NCBI RefSeq assembly: GCF_036365525.1
Contig: NC_090411.1
Location: forward strand, 35,112,111 to 35,176,110
Source: Heterodontus francisci
Taxonomy: Eukaryota
Length of the DNA stretch: 64,000 nt
Direction: 5' to 3'
Made by a program: the position numbers and the translations under genes. Within the stretch, counting starts at the first letter, position 1. The number at the start of each line of letters is the position of its first letter. Of the stretch, positions 1 to 15,002 are shown piece by piece. Below the pieces are notes generated by a model, which was given only the letters and a program-made list of their open reading frames with translations, had not been told where the DNA came from and ran no database searches.

Positions 1-25
1 TGTACTTCACTGGTCAATACAATTA

Positions 26-535
26 CCCACTGATTTACAAGGATGATACCAGAACTGAGAGGTTCATAAGAAGGTTATAACCATCAAAGACTGAACAGGC
101 TGGGGCTCTTTTCTCTAGAAGAGGAGACTGAGTAGTGACCTGAGAGATGTTTACAAATATGAAAGGATTGGACAGGGTAGACATACAGAAATGTTTCCAC
201 TTGTTTCTTGTTTGTGGGGGTGTGGACTCCAAAACTAGGAGCCATGAACATGAGACCCACGAATAAATCGAATAGGGAATTCAGAAAAACTTTTTGTTAC
301 CCAGAGAGTGGTGAGAATGTGGAATTCACTACCACAGGGAGTGGTCGAGGTGAATAGCATAGATACATTTCAGGGGAAGCTGGATAAACACATGAGGGTG
401 AAAGGAATAGAAGGATATGCTGACAGGGTGAGATGGAGTAAGGTGGGAGGAGGCTCGTGTAGAGCATAAACAGCAGTATGGCCCAGTTGGGCTGAGTGGC
501 CTGTTTCTGTGCTGGAAAATTTCTAGGTCTATGTA
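26..535 (+). mobile_element. CR1 3' fragment (similar fragments at about 3555-4065, 12180-12700(-), 12878-13130(-), 22550-22970(-), 27310-27740(-), 34975-35420, 47280-47640(-), 55240-55730(-), 62940-63110)
   Basis: CR1 C-terminal/3' UTR motifs (ggacagggtaga...cagagagtggtg...tggaattc...gggctgagtggcctg). Confidence 0.75.
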
Positions 536-562
536 ATTGAAAGAGCTGTAGGGTGCTGCTTA

Positions 563-880
<318 letters not shown>

Positions 881-2104
881 CTAGAAAATAGAATGAAATG
901 GGATGGGAGGAGGTGGGGGTGATTTACAATTCAATGCTAAACATCAAATAAACCTGGGCAGTGAAGATCCACATTCCTGCTTTCGTCCACAAAGACAAGC
1001 AAGATACCTGTCCATTTTCATCAGTAAGTGTGTTTGCTTGATCCACCCTTTAGATGACTGAAAGCCCTGTTTGGGTATGAAAAGAATTGATGTCCTGAAG
1101 CCAACAACTTACTTTAGAAATGTAATAACTGTTGTAATGTAGGGAAACGCCGTAATTTGCAAAATCCCACAAAAATAGCAGCAACTTAAATTGCCAGTTA
1201 AATCTTTTTTTGGTAGTGCTGGTTAAGGGATAACTGTCGAGCAGGAAATGAAAACATCCCTAATCTTCTTTGTATCGGGTCATAGTGCCTTTTTTACCTA
1301 TTGGAGCAGGGAATGGGGCCTCGGTTTTAACACTTCAATCTGAAAGACAGCACCTCTGACAGTGCACCATTCCATCAGTGTGGCATTGGAGTGTCAGGCT
1401 AGATTATGTGCTCAAGTCTCAGAAGTGGTACTCAAATCCACGACCTGACTCAAGGGGTGAAATTGCGACCCACTGAGCAGAGGCTGACACCAATTAATTC
1501 TAACTTGTTTATCAGGACAGAACAAGGTGACCCCCACCTCAAACCTCAGTTTGTCCAGCACATTAATGCACCTCCCACACAATCCATGCAATTTTCATCT
1601 CAAGACTGGGACCATCCCACTAATCAATTGACAGCTGGCCTAAACCAGCAGATCAGTTCTTGGATTATATGGGTTAGGCCAAAGCAGCATGCTGCAATTC
1701 ACTTCAGTGTCACTGGATCAGAAAAAAACAATGAATCAGATTAGCAGCCAGCTCCTGATCATTGCCTTGGGACTCCGGTTAGTACCTCGTGTAGGCTTTC
1801 TTTCTGTGGCTGAACACTCAATGGCTGTTGCAGTCATGCCTTCAGCTACCTAAGTTCTGGAATTCCCTTCTTAAACCTCTCCACCTCCCTCTCTTCCTTC
1901 AAGAAGCTCCTGAAAATATACCTGCCTTAATATCATCTTCTTTGACGCTGTCAGTTTTTGTTTGGTAATGCAACTACGCGAGAGACACTGTTTAAATGCA
2001 TTGATGTGCTAGAGGACTGGCAGGGAATTCTCCTCTGCAAGCTTAATACTTGGGATTAATAGAGGCAATTTCCTAGCATCCAGCCCCCGGATACAAGGTC
2101 TCAC

Positions 2105-2249
2105 CGGGACAGAATAAGTGTCGTCAATCTGAAACTCTGCTGGCTCATCCTCCTTGAAACTTGTCCGCGGTGACAACAGGTTCAAGAACATCTTCAGCAG
2201 TTCCAGGTTCTCCCCAGTCACATTGGAGATCTGGAAAATGGGGCACATC
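2105..2249 (-). CDS. GTPBP1: GTPBP1 coding exon 7 (145 nt)
   Basis: [48 protein letters not shown]; AG/GT boundaries. Confidence 0.96.
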
Positions 2250-3063
2250 CTGAGGCAAAGGAAAGGGGAGGGCCTTGTTACAAGGAGAGAAAGAACAAGT
2301 GCGAGAGAAATGAAGAGTTCACATATGACAGTCTCAGAATGTCAAGAACACACACCAGGGATACTGGATAGGTAACATTTGTGAAGTCGATTGCCTCCTG
2401 TGCTGTACAGCAAGTATTTTATATACCTTCCTCTGTTGCGATCAGTTACTGCAACAAGGCAAAAGTATGAAGCATTCCTCTGGTGTACCTGTACTCATCA
2501 ACTTTCCAAAGCTTCCTGTCTAGCAGCAACAAGCTGCTGAAAGAAGCATGTCCCATTTAACTTCAGCATCAAATGCTCCCAGGCTGGCTTGGCTCAGATT
2601 AGATTAGCCAGGATCACAAGGGCAACTGAAAGGCAGAACCTTATCAGACAAAGAAAAGGCCATCACACCCATCGACAGTCACCCTTTCAGGTCAGCTGTG
2701 CTGTCTCAGGCATCACCCACTTTGAGCGAGCAAGTGCCCCGTTGTGTCAAGTTAACAGATCAAATTAGGACAGCAGCAGAAATGCTGTAACTAGCTGCAG
2801 GATGGAGGAAGGGCAGAATATTCAAACAAAGCGCCGTCCAGTGCCCACCACCACCCCCTCCCCACCTGAAGGACACATGCTGGTCCACTGGATAAAGAGA
2901 AGATTGGAGTAGGCAGTGATGCCCATTCCAGTAGAGCAACCCGCCAATTCTCACTGCAGGAATGGCAGGCACCCATGGAATCGTACGTGGGCAAGACTTG
3001 GATTCCAGAAGATGGGAAAAAATTCAAAAGCACTGCCCCCGTCAGCTGACTGTGAAGTAGTTA

Positions 3064-3183
<120 letters not shown>

Positions 3184-4456
3184 TTAATAAAGAAACAGAA
3201 CCAAACCCATCAATCTTTACACATTTCACCAGCAGTCCATAACAAATTACAGTAATGCAGGACCATTCCTCATAACCAGCTAGGGTCCTATTATCTAGAT
3301 CTCCTCGCTCTACCCCCCCCCCCCACCACCACCCTTAGAAACCTTCGCAAAAGTTCTCTCTTCAATCAAGCTTTTTTCCCCATACCTGTTTCCTTTGCAG
3401 CCACATTGGCATATCCCTCAGGTTAAAAAAGATGCCATATAAATAAAGTTAATGAAAACTTTCATTGAAAAAGTCTCTACAAAGCAGTATTTAAACATTT
3501 CTTTTAAGTAATTAAAAAGAGTTGATGACAATTGGGCGACTTTGCTTCAATTCTTTTGGCACTAGCCACATGTACTATAGAAGCACTGGAGAAAGTGTAA
3601 AAACATTTTACAAAGATGGTACCAGAACTGAGATTACAGCTATCGGGAATAATTGACAAGTAGGAGCCAGAAAAAAAAAACTTAGAGAAAGGCCTGTTAG
3701 AGGTCTTTAAAATGATGAATGGGTTGGACAGGGTAGATAATGGAGAGAGTGTTTCCACTTGTGGGAGAATCTAAAACTAGGGGGCATCAATACAAGATAG
3801 TTACTAATAAATCCAATAGGGAAAATAAGGAAAGTTCTTTACTCAGTGTTTGAATTTGGAACTCATTACCAGGGGAAGTGTTTGAGGCAAATAGCTTAGA
3901 TGCTTTCAAAAGGAAACTAGATGAGTATGAGTGAAAAGGGAAAAGATATGCTGAAAGACTGAGATGAGACAGATGGATTGGAAGGGGTATTGTGTGCGGC
4001 AGGCATAACAGCACAGATTAGTCAGGCCAAATGGCCAGTTTGTTGTAGATTCTATATGATTCTGTGTGGCCAATTGGGAATTCAAATTTAAAAAACTGAG
4101 TAACAGACACCATGGTCTTCTTGGAGATTGTAACACTCATTCATGTGGTTTATGCATCTTGTGCATTTTTTGGCTGGAGGAGAAAAGTGTGCACTACACT
4201 TTCGTGGTTACTGAAATTCAGTGAATGTTTGTTACAAATATACAAGAGTGGGTACATTTACCTGAATGGTGTGCAAATCAAAGCTAGCGGCCAAAACAGT
4301 CACTGGGGCAGTCAGCAATGGAGCATCTCCTCTCCTCTGCCAACATTCACTGGCTGTATGCCAGTTTACACACAAAACAGAAGCCTCATGTTTGGGTACA
4401 CCTGTCACAGATGGTCAATGTGGCTGGAAATAGGACCCTCTAACATTACGACATCA

Positions 4457-4615
<159 letters not shown>

Positions 4616-6189
4616 TTAAAGACAAAGATCATTCGGTCAGAATGGACCAAAATTCAGCTGACAAAACAGCAGAACTGAAATACTAAAGCTCCTACTCCCC
4701 TTTGTACCAATCCTCATCATGTGGTGCAATGACTACAGTGACTACACTACAATAAAGTACCTTTGTTGGCTGTGAAGGATTTTGGAACATCTGGAGTTCA
4801 TGAAAGGCTCTATAGAAATGCAAGTTTGTTATTTTTCTATCTCTAGGTGACCATCTGAGCTCCTGTGACTGTCCCATACACCTCTAAAGGTAGGAGCTTG
4901 AATCCTGGTGTGTATCAGACTGTCCGCAGGCACTCCTTCATTAATCTGTTCTGTACTGCAGCTGGGTCATGGTTTCCAGGCTATAGGTAACTTAAGGATT
5001 AACTCATCTGACCTTGTGGACTTTTTCATCCGAAGGTTGCATTCACCTTCTCCAGGCCCTCAGCCCGCTGACTGAGTTAGTGCTTTCTGGAGATGACAGG
5101 GTTAGATAACCAGCATTCACCAGTCCCTGGTAGCACCAACTACGACAACAGGGTTTAAACATTGCACCCGTCTCAAAGCTTTCAAGTACTGATTTGACTT
5201 AAGTGAGGGGCGGGGGGGGGAAAGATAATATTATTTTCACTTGTTTCTGCATTGTGACCATCAGGCCCCACTTGTTCCAAACACTCAGCTCACACTTGCT
5301 GCATGCACAAGCTGGTACAGAGGCAAAGTCCTGTCATGATTACCTGCAGAGCTGATGGTGCAGCATCTCCACCCATGGTTTATAGGGTGGCAGGGTTCCG
5401 GCCTTACCACTGGAAACAAAAGTCACCTGATCAGGTGCTGTTGAGAGAATCCCTTTGCATATATGACATTTTGTTCATACAATACAGTGCTCTGGCTGCT
5501 CACCAGCTGACAGAAACGTTTCCACACTATGAACCTTATGTGCAGCAGTGCACTGAAAGTTGCACCAAGCCCCAGTAACAGACTGGGGCGGGGTCGTGGG
5601 GGCACTGTAACCCAATTCACACCCTGGTCTAGTGTGATGTGGAAAATTAGCAATGGCACCTAAATCAGGAAAGGACAGGACTAAAGTCAACTGGACTATT
5701 GTTTTCACCCACAGGTATCAGGTCAACACCTGTTGTATGATCTCACAGGCTGGCAGAGGGCAGCAGATAATCTTTGGAGGGGGAGGGGGAGGGGAGGGGG
5801 CGCGGTCAGTCGGTGCGTTCAGGTAGGCAGGAAAGGGGGGGAAAAACTACCTTAAAGAAAGGAGTCTATAACAGCTGAAGCTCCTTTGGGCATTAACAGT
5901 ATCAGCCACGGTTCAGTGGGTAACTCTCTCGTCTCGGAGTCAAGAGGTCATGGGTTCAAGTCCCACTCCAGAGACCTGAGCACAAAATCCAGGTTGATGC
6001 ACCGAGTGCAGTACGGAGAGAGTGCTACATCGTCGAAGGTGCAGTCTTTCGTATGTAGATAGTCCTCCGAAGCAGAAATAATAGTGTTATTGACTTCTTT
6101 TTTTTTTAAAAAGAGGGGGGGGGGGGGAGGAGGAGGAGGAGTTCTCCTCGTTGTCCTGGACCAATATGACTTAGCAAAGTGATCTGGAA

Positions 6190-8435
6190 ACAGCTACTTG
6201 AAGGAAAATCAGTGTCACAGCAGCGGGAGGCATTAAAAGGAGATGGTGAGTGTTCAGAATAGATATGCTCCCAGAAAAAGCGTGGCACTCCCAAATCTAG
6301 ACCCCCTGGACATCAAAGACTGTACAGGGTAGGATAAGGCAAAGAGGGAAGCTTGTATCAGATAGCAAGAGCTACAGAAAGTGCAGGAGTGAAGTTAAAA
6401 AAAGGCAATGAGGAAAGTGAAAAAATATTAACACATAAAACGGAGGATAACCCAAAGAGGTTTTATAAATAAAGGGTAAAAGATACCAAGGAAAGAGTAG
6501 GGCCCATTAAAGGTTACCTGCGTGTGGAGGTGGAAGACAAGGGCATGGTTCTTAATGAATACTTTGCGTCTGTCTTCACAAAAGAGGACGAAGACGATGC
6601 AGACATTGTAGCTAAGGAGGAATGTGAAATATTGGATGGGATAAACACAGTAAGAGGAAATATGAAGGGGTGTAGCATCTTTAAAAGTGAATAAAATGGA
6701 AGGCTGTTAAGAGAAGCAAGGGAGGAAATAATAGAGGCTCTGACCATCATTTTCCAATCCCCCCTAGCTACAGGTATGGTGCAGGACTGCTGATGTACTC
6801 TTGTTTAAAAAGGGAGGAAGGGATAAAGATTAATTGCAGGCCTAACCTCAGTGTTGGGGAAAATTATTGGAAGAAATTTTAAGACACACTATAATGGCTA
6901 TAATTGTCATTTAGTAAGGCACAAATTAATCAAGAACACCAGCCTCACAGCTCCAGGGACCCGGGTTCTATTCTGGGTACTGCCTGTGAAGAGTTTGCAA
7001 GTTCTCCCTGTGTCCGCGTGGGTTTTCGCTGGGTGCTCCTGTTTCTTCCCACAGCCAAAAGACTTGCAGGTGATAGGTAAATTGGCCATTATAAATTGCC
7101 CCTAGTGTAGGTAGGGAATATGGGATTACTGTAGGGTTAGTATAAATGGGTGGTTGTCGGTTGGCACAGACTCGGTGGGCCGAAGGGCTTGTTTCAGTGC
7201 TGTATCTCTAAATAAAAATAAATAAATAAACACCAGCATGAATTTGTTAAGGGAAGGTCATGTCTAACTGAACTTGACTGAATTTTTTGAGGTGGTAACA
7301 AGGAGCGTAGATGAGGGGAGCATGTTTGATGTAGTCTACATGGATTTTAGCAAAGCTTTTGACAAGGTCCCACGTGGCAGAATGGTCAGAAAAGTAAAAG
7401 CCCATTGGATCCAAGGGTAAGTGGCAAAATTGGCTCAGTGGCAGGTGATAACCAAGCAAAGCGATGGTCGACAGGTGTGGGTGTGACTGGAAGGCCGTTT
7501 TCAGTGGGGTTCTGGGTACCTCATTTTTTCCTGGTCTATATCAACAGTCAGACAAATATAGGGGACATGATTAAGAAATTGGCTGTTTAGTTGAGTGAGG
7601 AAGAAAGCTATAGGATGCAGGAAGCTATCAAATGGACTGGTCAGATGGGCAGGAAAGTGACAAACTGAATTCAATCCTGAGAAGTATGAGGTAATGTATT
7701 TAGTAAGGACAAACAAGGCAAGGGAACTCTCAATAAATGGTAGAAGTGTAGAGGAACTTGGAGTACTGAAGGTAGGACAGATAGATAAGGAGTTAAGGAG
7801 GCACACGGGATACTTTCCTTTATTAGCAGAGGTACAGAATATAAAAGCAGGGAGGTTGTGCTACAACTCTACAAAACACTAGTTATGTCACAGCTAGAAA
7901 ACTGCATACAGTTCTGGTTACTGTATTACAAGGAGGATGTGATTGCACTAGAGAGGGTACAGAGAAGATTTAAGAGAACATTGTCTGGACTGGAGAATTT
8001 TAGCTATGAGTAAAGATTGTATAGGTTGGAGTGGTTTTCTTTGCAACAGAGGAAGCTGAGGGGAGATTTAATTGAGGTGTATAAAATTATGAGGGGCCTA
8101 GATAGAGTGGATAGGAAGGACCTATTTCCTTCAGCAGAGGGGTCAATAACCAGGGTGCACAGATTTAAAACAATTGGTGGAAGGATTAGTGGAAAGTTGA
8201 GGGAAATATTTTTCACCCAGTGGGCATGGGGTCTGGAACTCACTGTCTGAAAGGGTGGTAGAGGCAGAAAACCTCATCCCATTTTTATAAAACTTGGATA
8301 GGCACTTAAAGTTCCATAGCCCAGTAGGATGCAGCACAAGATCTGGAAAGTAGGATTAGGCTGGACAGCTCTATCAGCCAGCACTTAAATGATGGGCTGA
8401 ATGGCCTCCTTCTGTGCCATAAATTTCTAAGATTG
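6190..8435 (+). mobile_element. Degenerate CR1 ORF2 and 3' end
   Basis: Fragmented CR1 RT-like reading frames (DFSKAFDKVPH; LRGDLIEVYKIM) and a CR1 3' stem-loop/tail. Confidence 0.85.
6944..7228 (+). mobile_element. HE1-like V-SINE, 5'-truncated, inserted in a CR1
   Basis: Matches 17130-17440; TSD AACACCAGC at 6935-6943 and 7229-7237. Confidence 0.85.
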
Positions 8436-8592
8436 AATATTTATCCCTCAGCTAACATTGCTTCCAAAAAAAAACATTTGTTGTGTGCAAATTGGTTGCC
8501 ATGTTTTCTACATCTTAACAGTAACTACACTTCAAAAGTACTTCATTGGCTATGGAGTGCTTTGGGACGTCCTGAGGTAGTGAAAGTTGCTA

Positions 8593-9066
<474 letters not shown>

Positions 9067-9628
9067 TTATATGCCGCTGCGATCATCAGCAACCAGGAAC
9101 CTCCCAGTTCTGCCATAAAAAGGAACTTTCAGACAGCTAATTAGTTTCAGTTTTCAACATTCCTTGCAACTCAATGAATCCTAATTTGTTTCCATTTGGT
9201 TCTTAGTTAGCTGAATGGAACCAGGGCAACACTTGGTGTGTTGCTGTTCACCTCGGTGCCTATGGGAAGAGTTATTAAAAGATACTGGATTGTGAATATT
9301 AGCCTGTGACCCAGTGTTGAAGAATGCATAGTGAGGCATTAGGCTGGACAGAGTTAGGCTAGGAGATTGCACAACCTACTGACACTCCAGTTGTCAGCTT
9401 ACGCACAAAGATTGGTCAATCGGGCAAGGTACTAGAAGGCAACTGACCTGCACTATAGCAAGAAAGTCAAGGCCTTTCAGGAAAGGAGGGAAAGAAACAG
9501 GTACATAGACTTTCCCCACCTCCAAAACAAAAAGATATTCTCATTCCTCCAGGAGGTGTTGTCTGATCTGCTGAATATTCCCAGTTTACTGCCGTTTGTT
9601 TAAAATGTTGCCATCTCCAATTCCTTAC

Positions 9629-9809
9629 CTGACCTCCAAAAAATCATTCTCCCCAACTCGTTTACGAACCAAGTAGTCAGCCACTTTCCCTCCCGCCTCC
9701 TGGCGCTCTCGGAGAAGGATCAGATCAGAGTAGATCTGCTCTGCCAGACTCTTGACAGTTGCTACAGACGCTTCTATGTCATCATCATTCAGTCCATACT
9801 TCTTGCCAT
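9629..9809 (-). CDS. GTPBP1: GTPBP1 coding exon 3 (181 nt)
   Basis: [60 protein letters not shown]; ttcag acceptor and gtaag donor. Confidence 0.95.
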
Positions 9810-10141
9810 CTGAAATAAAGAGATCCCAAGGATTGTAACGGAGCAGGCTGCAGTTGTCTTATTGCCCAGTTCATTTTTTTTTCCTGACAAGACTGCAAAC
9901 TGTGTTGGACCATAGAAGGGACTGTTAAAAATTGATCCAGTCAAACTGTTCACAGTGGTAAACTTATAAAAACAAGATGGAGACAATTTAGAAGTTAGAG
10001 TAGGAAGAGAAAATAAGAACTTTTTCCACCCTAAGGACACATAAAATGGAATAAGTTACCAGTAAAGAACATGAAAATTAATGGTATAAATGAACGCAAG
10101 AGAGAACTGGGCATTTATCTAGAAAGAAAATTAAACTTTAC

Positions 10142-10253
10142 CCGATCCTTGCCCTATTACGTAGATGGTCTCCCCACAACCCTCGTCCATTCGCTCTCTC
10201 AACTGTTTCAACAGGCAGTCATACTGCTCTGAACTCGGACTCACCAACACAAA
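10142..10253 (-). CDS. GTPBP1: GTPBP1 coding exon 2 (112 nt)
   Basis: [37 protein letters not shown]; AG/GT boundaries; phase joins exons 1 and 3. Confidence 0.95.
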
Positions 10254-11569
10254 CTAAAACAAAAAAAAAGGAAACCAGATCAGTAGAGATTTCAGGGCTG
10301 CATGAAGACACACTCAAAGTCAGTCTAGCACCAGTCAAAACAAAGCACCCCTGCCAATGGTCAGACTAGGAAACGCAATGGCTCAGTTTCAAACACGTTT
10401 AGCTCAATTGGTATTTATGAAGTGCCCATCTTAACGGAGTCAAGAAGCTGATGACAAGAGTGCAAAGGAGCATTTTTGATGCTATGACCAGTTTAAGTGT
10501 ATTGGCAATCCAAATGAAGACAATGACAAAAGAATGTCAAATCAGCAAATACTGGAAATCAGAAAAAAAATGGAAAGCTTTGGAATACACAAGTGAGTCA
10601 ATATTTTGGGTATAAACTTCAGCACTTCTGATGAAGAGTTAAATCTAAATTGCAAACCTGTCATTTTCTTTTTAAAGTGATTACTGCACACAAATCTGGG
10701 ATTCATCTTTAATCAGTGAGGGGACATCAGGTTTGTTTGCACACATCCCAATCTTTGCACATCAAAACAATTCATTGTTTATAACACAATAAGATGACAT
10801 GAAAGACGATACACAAATACAAGATCTTCTCCTTTCTCTATGGCTGTCATCATAGGTTATCAATTACACTCTTGCCTTTCATGTTAGCTCTAACTCCTAC
10901 TCTCACTTTTTAATAAAACTGAATTCAGTCTCAGGTTATTTGTTTCTGTTGTCACTGCTCTCCCGTCCCACAATATTTCATTATAATTATTGTATCTGTT
11001 GGAGTAATTCCACTATCTGACTGTTACACATGGCACACCCCCTGCTTCAGTTACAGTATTTTGGTGTAGTTGCTATATTCAATATGCGATTATACAAATT
11101 CTGTCCTATCTTTAGAGTGACTACAGTTAATCCATCACATTCAACCCAGTATTAAATACATTTCAGCTCAGTCGCAAACATCTTGAAAAAAATGTATTCC
11201 TATTTTACACTGATCATTAGATCTGTGCCCTACACGCAATTGCAGTTCTTTAATTTAGGACCAGATGGGAGTATTGCTGCATTTGATGCCCCAATTTAAT
11301 GTCAGCATTCCCGCTCACTACTCAAGACAAGATCATAGAGTATATTTACATTATAACTCATGTCCGTGCAAAGCACTACCAGCAAAAAAAAAGTCATTCA
11401 TTCATTTCATCTTCGTGGGCCGTTACTGGCTTCCCTGTTTGACTACAAAAGTGACATTTCATAATGTAATCAGTTGACTGTAAAGCACTTTGGGACATCT
11501 GGAGGACCTAGAAGTTGTTATATAAACATAAGCTCATTTGCACCAACACTAAATTTGCAGAAGGCTTGC

Positions 11570-12030
11570 ACCTTGGGAGTTCCAGGTTTTTGACCCAGCA
11601 AAAATGAAGGAGATGTGATATATTTCCAACTGAGGACGGTGAAACGTGAACTTGCAGGTGGTGATGTTCCCATACATCTACTGCCCTTGCCCTTCTAGGT
11701 GGTAAAGGTCATGGATTTAGGAAATGCTGTTGAAGCATTGGTGAGTCGCTGCAGTGCATCTTGTAGATGGTACACAGACTGCTTCATTATCTGAGGAGTT
11801 GCAAATGGAGCTGAACAAGGTACAATCATCAATCAACATCCCCACTTCTGACCCTATGATGGAGGGAAGGTCATTATGAAGCAGCTAAAGACAGTTGGAC
11901 CTAGGACACTACCATGAGGAACTCCTACAGCGATGTCCCAGGACTAAGATTGGTCTCCAATAAGCATAACCATCTACCTTTGTGCTATGAATGACTCCAG
12001 CCAGTGAAGAGCTCCCCCCAGTTCCTATCG
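11570..12030 (-). mobile_element. Older degenerate fragments of the same LINE family (similar remnants at about 14405-14535, 16610-16690, 53085-53190, 54680-55140)
   Basis: Diverged similarity to the RT/3' region of the 43033-46302 element. Confidence 0.65.
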
Positions 12031-13320
12031 ACTTCTCTTTTATTGAGCAATACTGAAATTGCTCTCTCATCGATCCAGGTCAGGGCATCACTCCAGATTC
12101 AATCTGCATTTACAATGCAAACCAAAGTCAAGCCTGTACACCCAGTCAGTGACAGCATAGGGAGGGTGCAGCAAATCAACTCATCGTGTGGAACAAAGCA
12201 ATAGGAGGCCATACAACCCCTCAAAACTGTTCCACCATGCATTACATCATGGCTTTTTTTTTAAAAAACACACTGTTGCTCCATAATCTCTCAGCACGCT
12301 TACCAACAAAAACATTAGTCTCAGTTTTGAAAGCAACAATTCACCCATAGTATGCATTGCATTTTTGAAGGGCGGGGAGAAAAAAAAAGTTCCAGATTTC
12401 CACTAGTTTGAGAGAAAAAGTGTTTCCTGATTTCACTCCTGAATTGCAGAGCAATTAAGAGTTTGCTTTTTAAACAAAACAGCTCAAAAGTATTTCATTG
12501 GCTGTAAAGCTCTTTGGGGTGTCCCAAGATCATGAAAGGCACTACAAAAATATAAGTCTTTCTTTCATTCCATCTATTTTTCAGACTGTGTTCCCTCAGT
12601 CTGGATTCGCCTACCACAGGAAATAGTGTCTCTGTATCTACCCTATTCCATACTTTTAGACACCTCAATCAGATCAGCCTCAATCGTTTTATACTCAAGG
12701 TTAAGAAAGGAGGCACTTGGGATGGTTTGGAGATGTTGGATGAAAGGGTTTGGAATCAAATTCCCAACAGTCCCCTAATACTTTCAATACCCTACCCACC
12801 CCTAATACTTCCAATACCCCCTGTACCCATCCCTATACGTCCAATATGCGCCCCCCCCCCCCCATCCCCACACCCATAGAATCATAGAAAGTGTACAGCA
12901 CAGAAAGAGACCACTTGGCCCATCATGTCTGCACCAGGCGAACGCGAGCCACCCAGTCTAATCCCACCTTCCAGTATTTGGTCCGTAGCCTTGAAGGCTA
13001 TGGCAGCTGAGGTGCATATCAATTTAAATGTTGAGGGTTTCTGCCTCTAGTACCCTTTCAGGTAGTGAGTTCCAGACCCTCACCACCCTCTGGGTGAAAA
13101 GATTTTTCCTCATTTCCCTTCTCCTAATACTTACCCCCAGTACTTCGCCCCCCCTCCCCCTCCACCCTAATACACCCATACCCACCCCAATAGCCCAAAA
13201 CTTCCTAAACACACCCCAGTACCCGCCCCTCCCCCAGGCTGACCATTACCCCCGGGTTGCCCCGCTCCTCTTAGCCCCAGAGCCCCGGGTTCCTCCTTCA
13301 ATCCCCGACCACCCGTTTAC

Positions 13321-13566
13321 CTTGGACGCCAGGTCGGGCTCCAGCTCGCCGTTGACATTCTCACCGACCTCGCCGTCCAGCTCCGGAGCGAAGATGCTCG
13401 GCAGGTCCCCGGCTCCGGGCCCGGGCCCAGAGCCGGGCGTTGGCGACTCACAGCTGCAGGCCGAGCCCCGTCTGCCAGCGCCCTTCACCATCATCGCGGC
13501 GGCGGGAGGCCCGGCTCCGGTTCCCGCTCCCGGTGCAGGCCCGGCCGCCACGGCCGGCGCCGACAT
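13321..13566 (-). CDS. GTPBP1: GTP-binding protein 1, coding exon 1 (82 codons)
   Basis: ATG at 13566; MSAPAVAAG...LPSIFAPELDGEVGENVNGELEPDLASK resembles the GTPBP1 N-terminus (SMFAPE...NGEPELDLTSK); GT donor at 13320-13319; lies in a CpG island. The start could instead be the ATGATG at 13494/13491. Confidence 0.85.
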
Positions 13567-13569
13567 TAT

Positions 13570-14240
13570 CCGGGGCCTTTCAGCCGGGCCCCTTTAACGA
13601 TTTCAAAGGGAATTAAAAACCCGCCGACAAAAAAAAATCCACGGCCGCTGTTTCAAGGCTCCCCCCCTACACCTTGCTCAGCCGGCGTTTTCAAGATCCC
13701 CCCCCCGTACCCGCTTCAAGTGACAGTTTCAAGCTCCCCCTGGAGCCGTCAGTTTCAAGCTTCCCCCAGCCGTTGTTTGCAAACACTGGCTCGAGCGCCG
13801 CACTGTCAGGGCCTTTTCTTTTAATTTCTCAAAAAAAATTTCCCTCCGGTACTTTCCCACCGGATTATTGATATAAATCTCGCCACAATCTCCACTTCCA
13901 AATAAAATTTTTCATGTGAGGATAATTTAACACCGATAATTTAAAACTTGCCGCACAGCTGGGGGCGGGAACAGGGAGGATTGACCAATCGGAGCTCAAG
14001 GAGTGGGGGATGGACGGGTCGCTCAGAGCCAGTGGACCAATCCAAGTGGCTTGAGCTGAGAGGCGGGGCCTCATGATCACGTGGTCCGAGTGATCGACGT
14101 TTCACAGCTACCAATAGAAAGGCGAATTGCCACATCAATCAAAATTCTTATCCAATCAGGGACCTCGCTCCTGCCAACTCCCTGTTGTTGTTTTCGTTCC
14201 TGATGCAACTTCGGTGCAACGAGGGCCAACAGCAACACAA
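13570..14240 (-). promoter_or_regulatory. GTPBP1 CpG-island promoter and 5' UTR
   Basis: CpG-rich; CCAAT at 13985, 14037, 14111 and 14152; GC boxes near 13962 and 14061; CACGTG E-box at 14078-14083. Confidence 0.7.
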
Positions 14241-15002
14241 TAAACACCTGAATAAACTCTGCAATTGGCTGATCTTTAACATAAACAAATTGTCTTTCTT
14301 CAATGCAACTGGGGATTTTTTTCTTTCTGATGAAACACTGTTGAAATTTATTGCAACAATAATACCTTGCATTTTTTTTATTCGTTCATGGGATATTTAG
14401 CGTTCAACAACCACAACCATTTTCCTTTGCGCTAGATATGATTCTAGCCAGTATGGAGTTTTCCCCCTGATCCCTGTTGACTTCAGTTTTGCTCAGGCTC
14501 CTTGATGCCACACTCAGTCAAGTGCTACCTTGATATGTCAGCTGTGGTTTAGTTGGTATAACTCTGCATTTTAAGGATCTAGATTCAAGTCTGTCTAGAG
14601 GACTTGAGCACAAAATCAAGGCTGACACTCCAGTACACTGTTGGAGGTGCTGTCTTTTGGGTGGGAGGTTAAAGCAAGTCTCCTTCTGCTCTCAGGTCAG
14701 TGTAAAAGATGCCATGGCACTATTTTGAAAAGATCAGGGGAGTTCTCCCTGGTGTCCAGGTCAACATTAATCCTCAATCAACATCACATAAAAGAACAGA
14801 TTATCTAGTCATTATCATATTTCTATTTTTGGCAGTTTGCTCTGTGCAAACTGGCTGCTGCGTTTCCTACATTACAACAATTCAAAAGTACCGTGTGCTA
14901 TAGAAATGCATATTCTTTCATTTTTCAGGTATATTCTATTGATGTTGGAGAAACATTGTTGTGAGTATGAAGTATTTGCCCAGCCTTACGATCATCATCA
15001 AT

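Noticed and set aside
13028-13597. 189-aa plus-strand ORF
   Set aside because: Antisense read-through of GC-rich GTPBP1 exon 1 joined to a CR1 fragment and low-complexity sequence.
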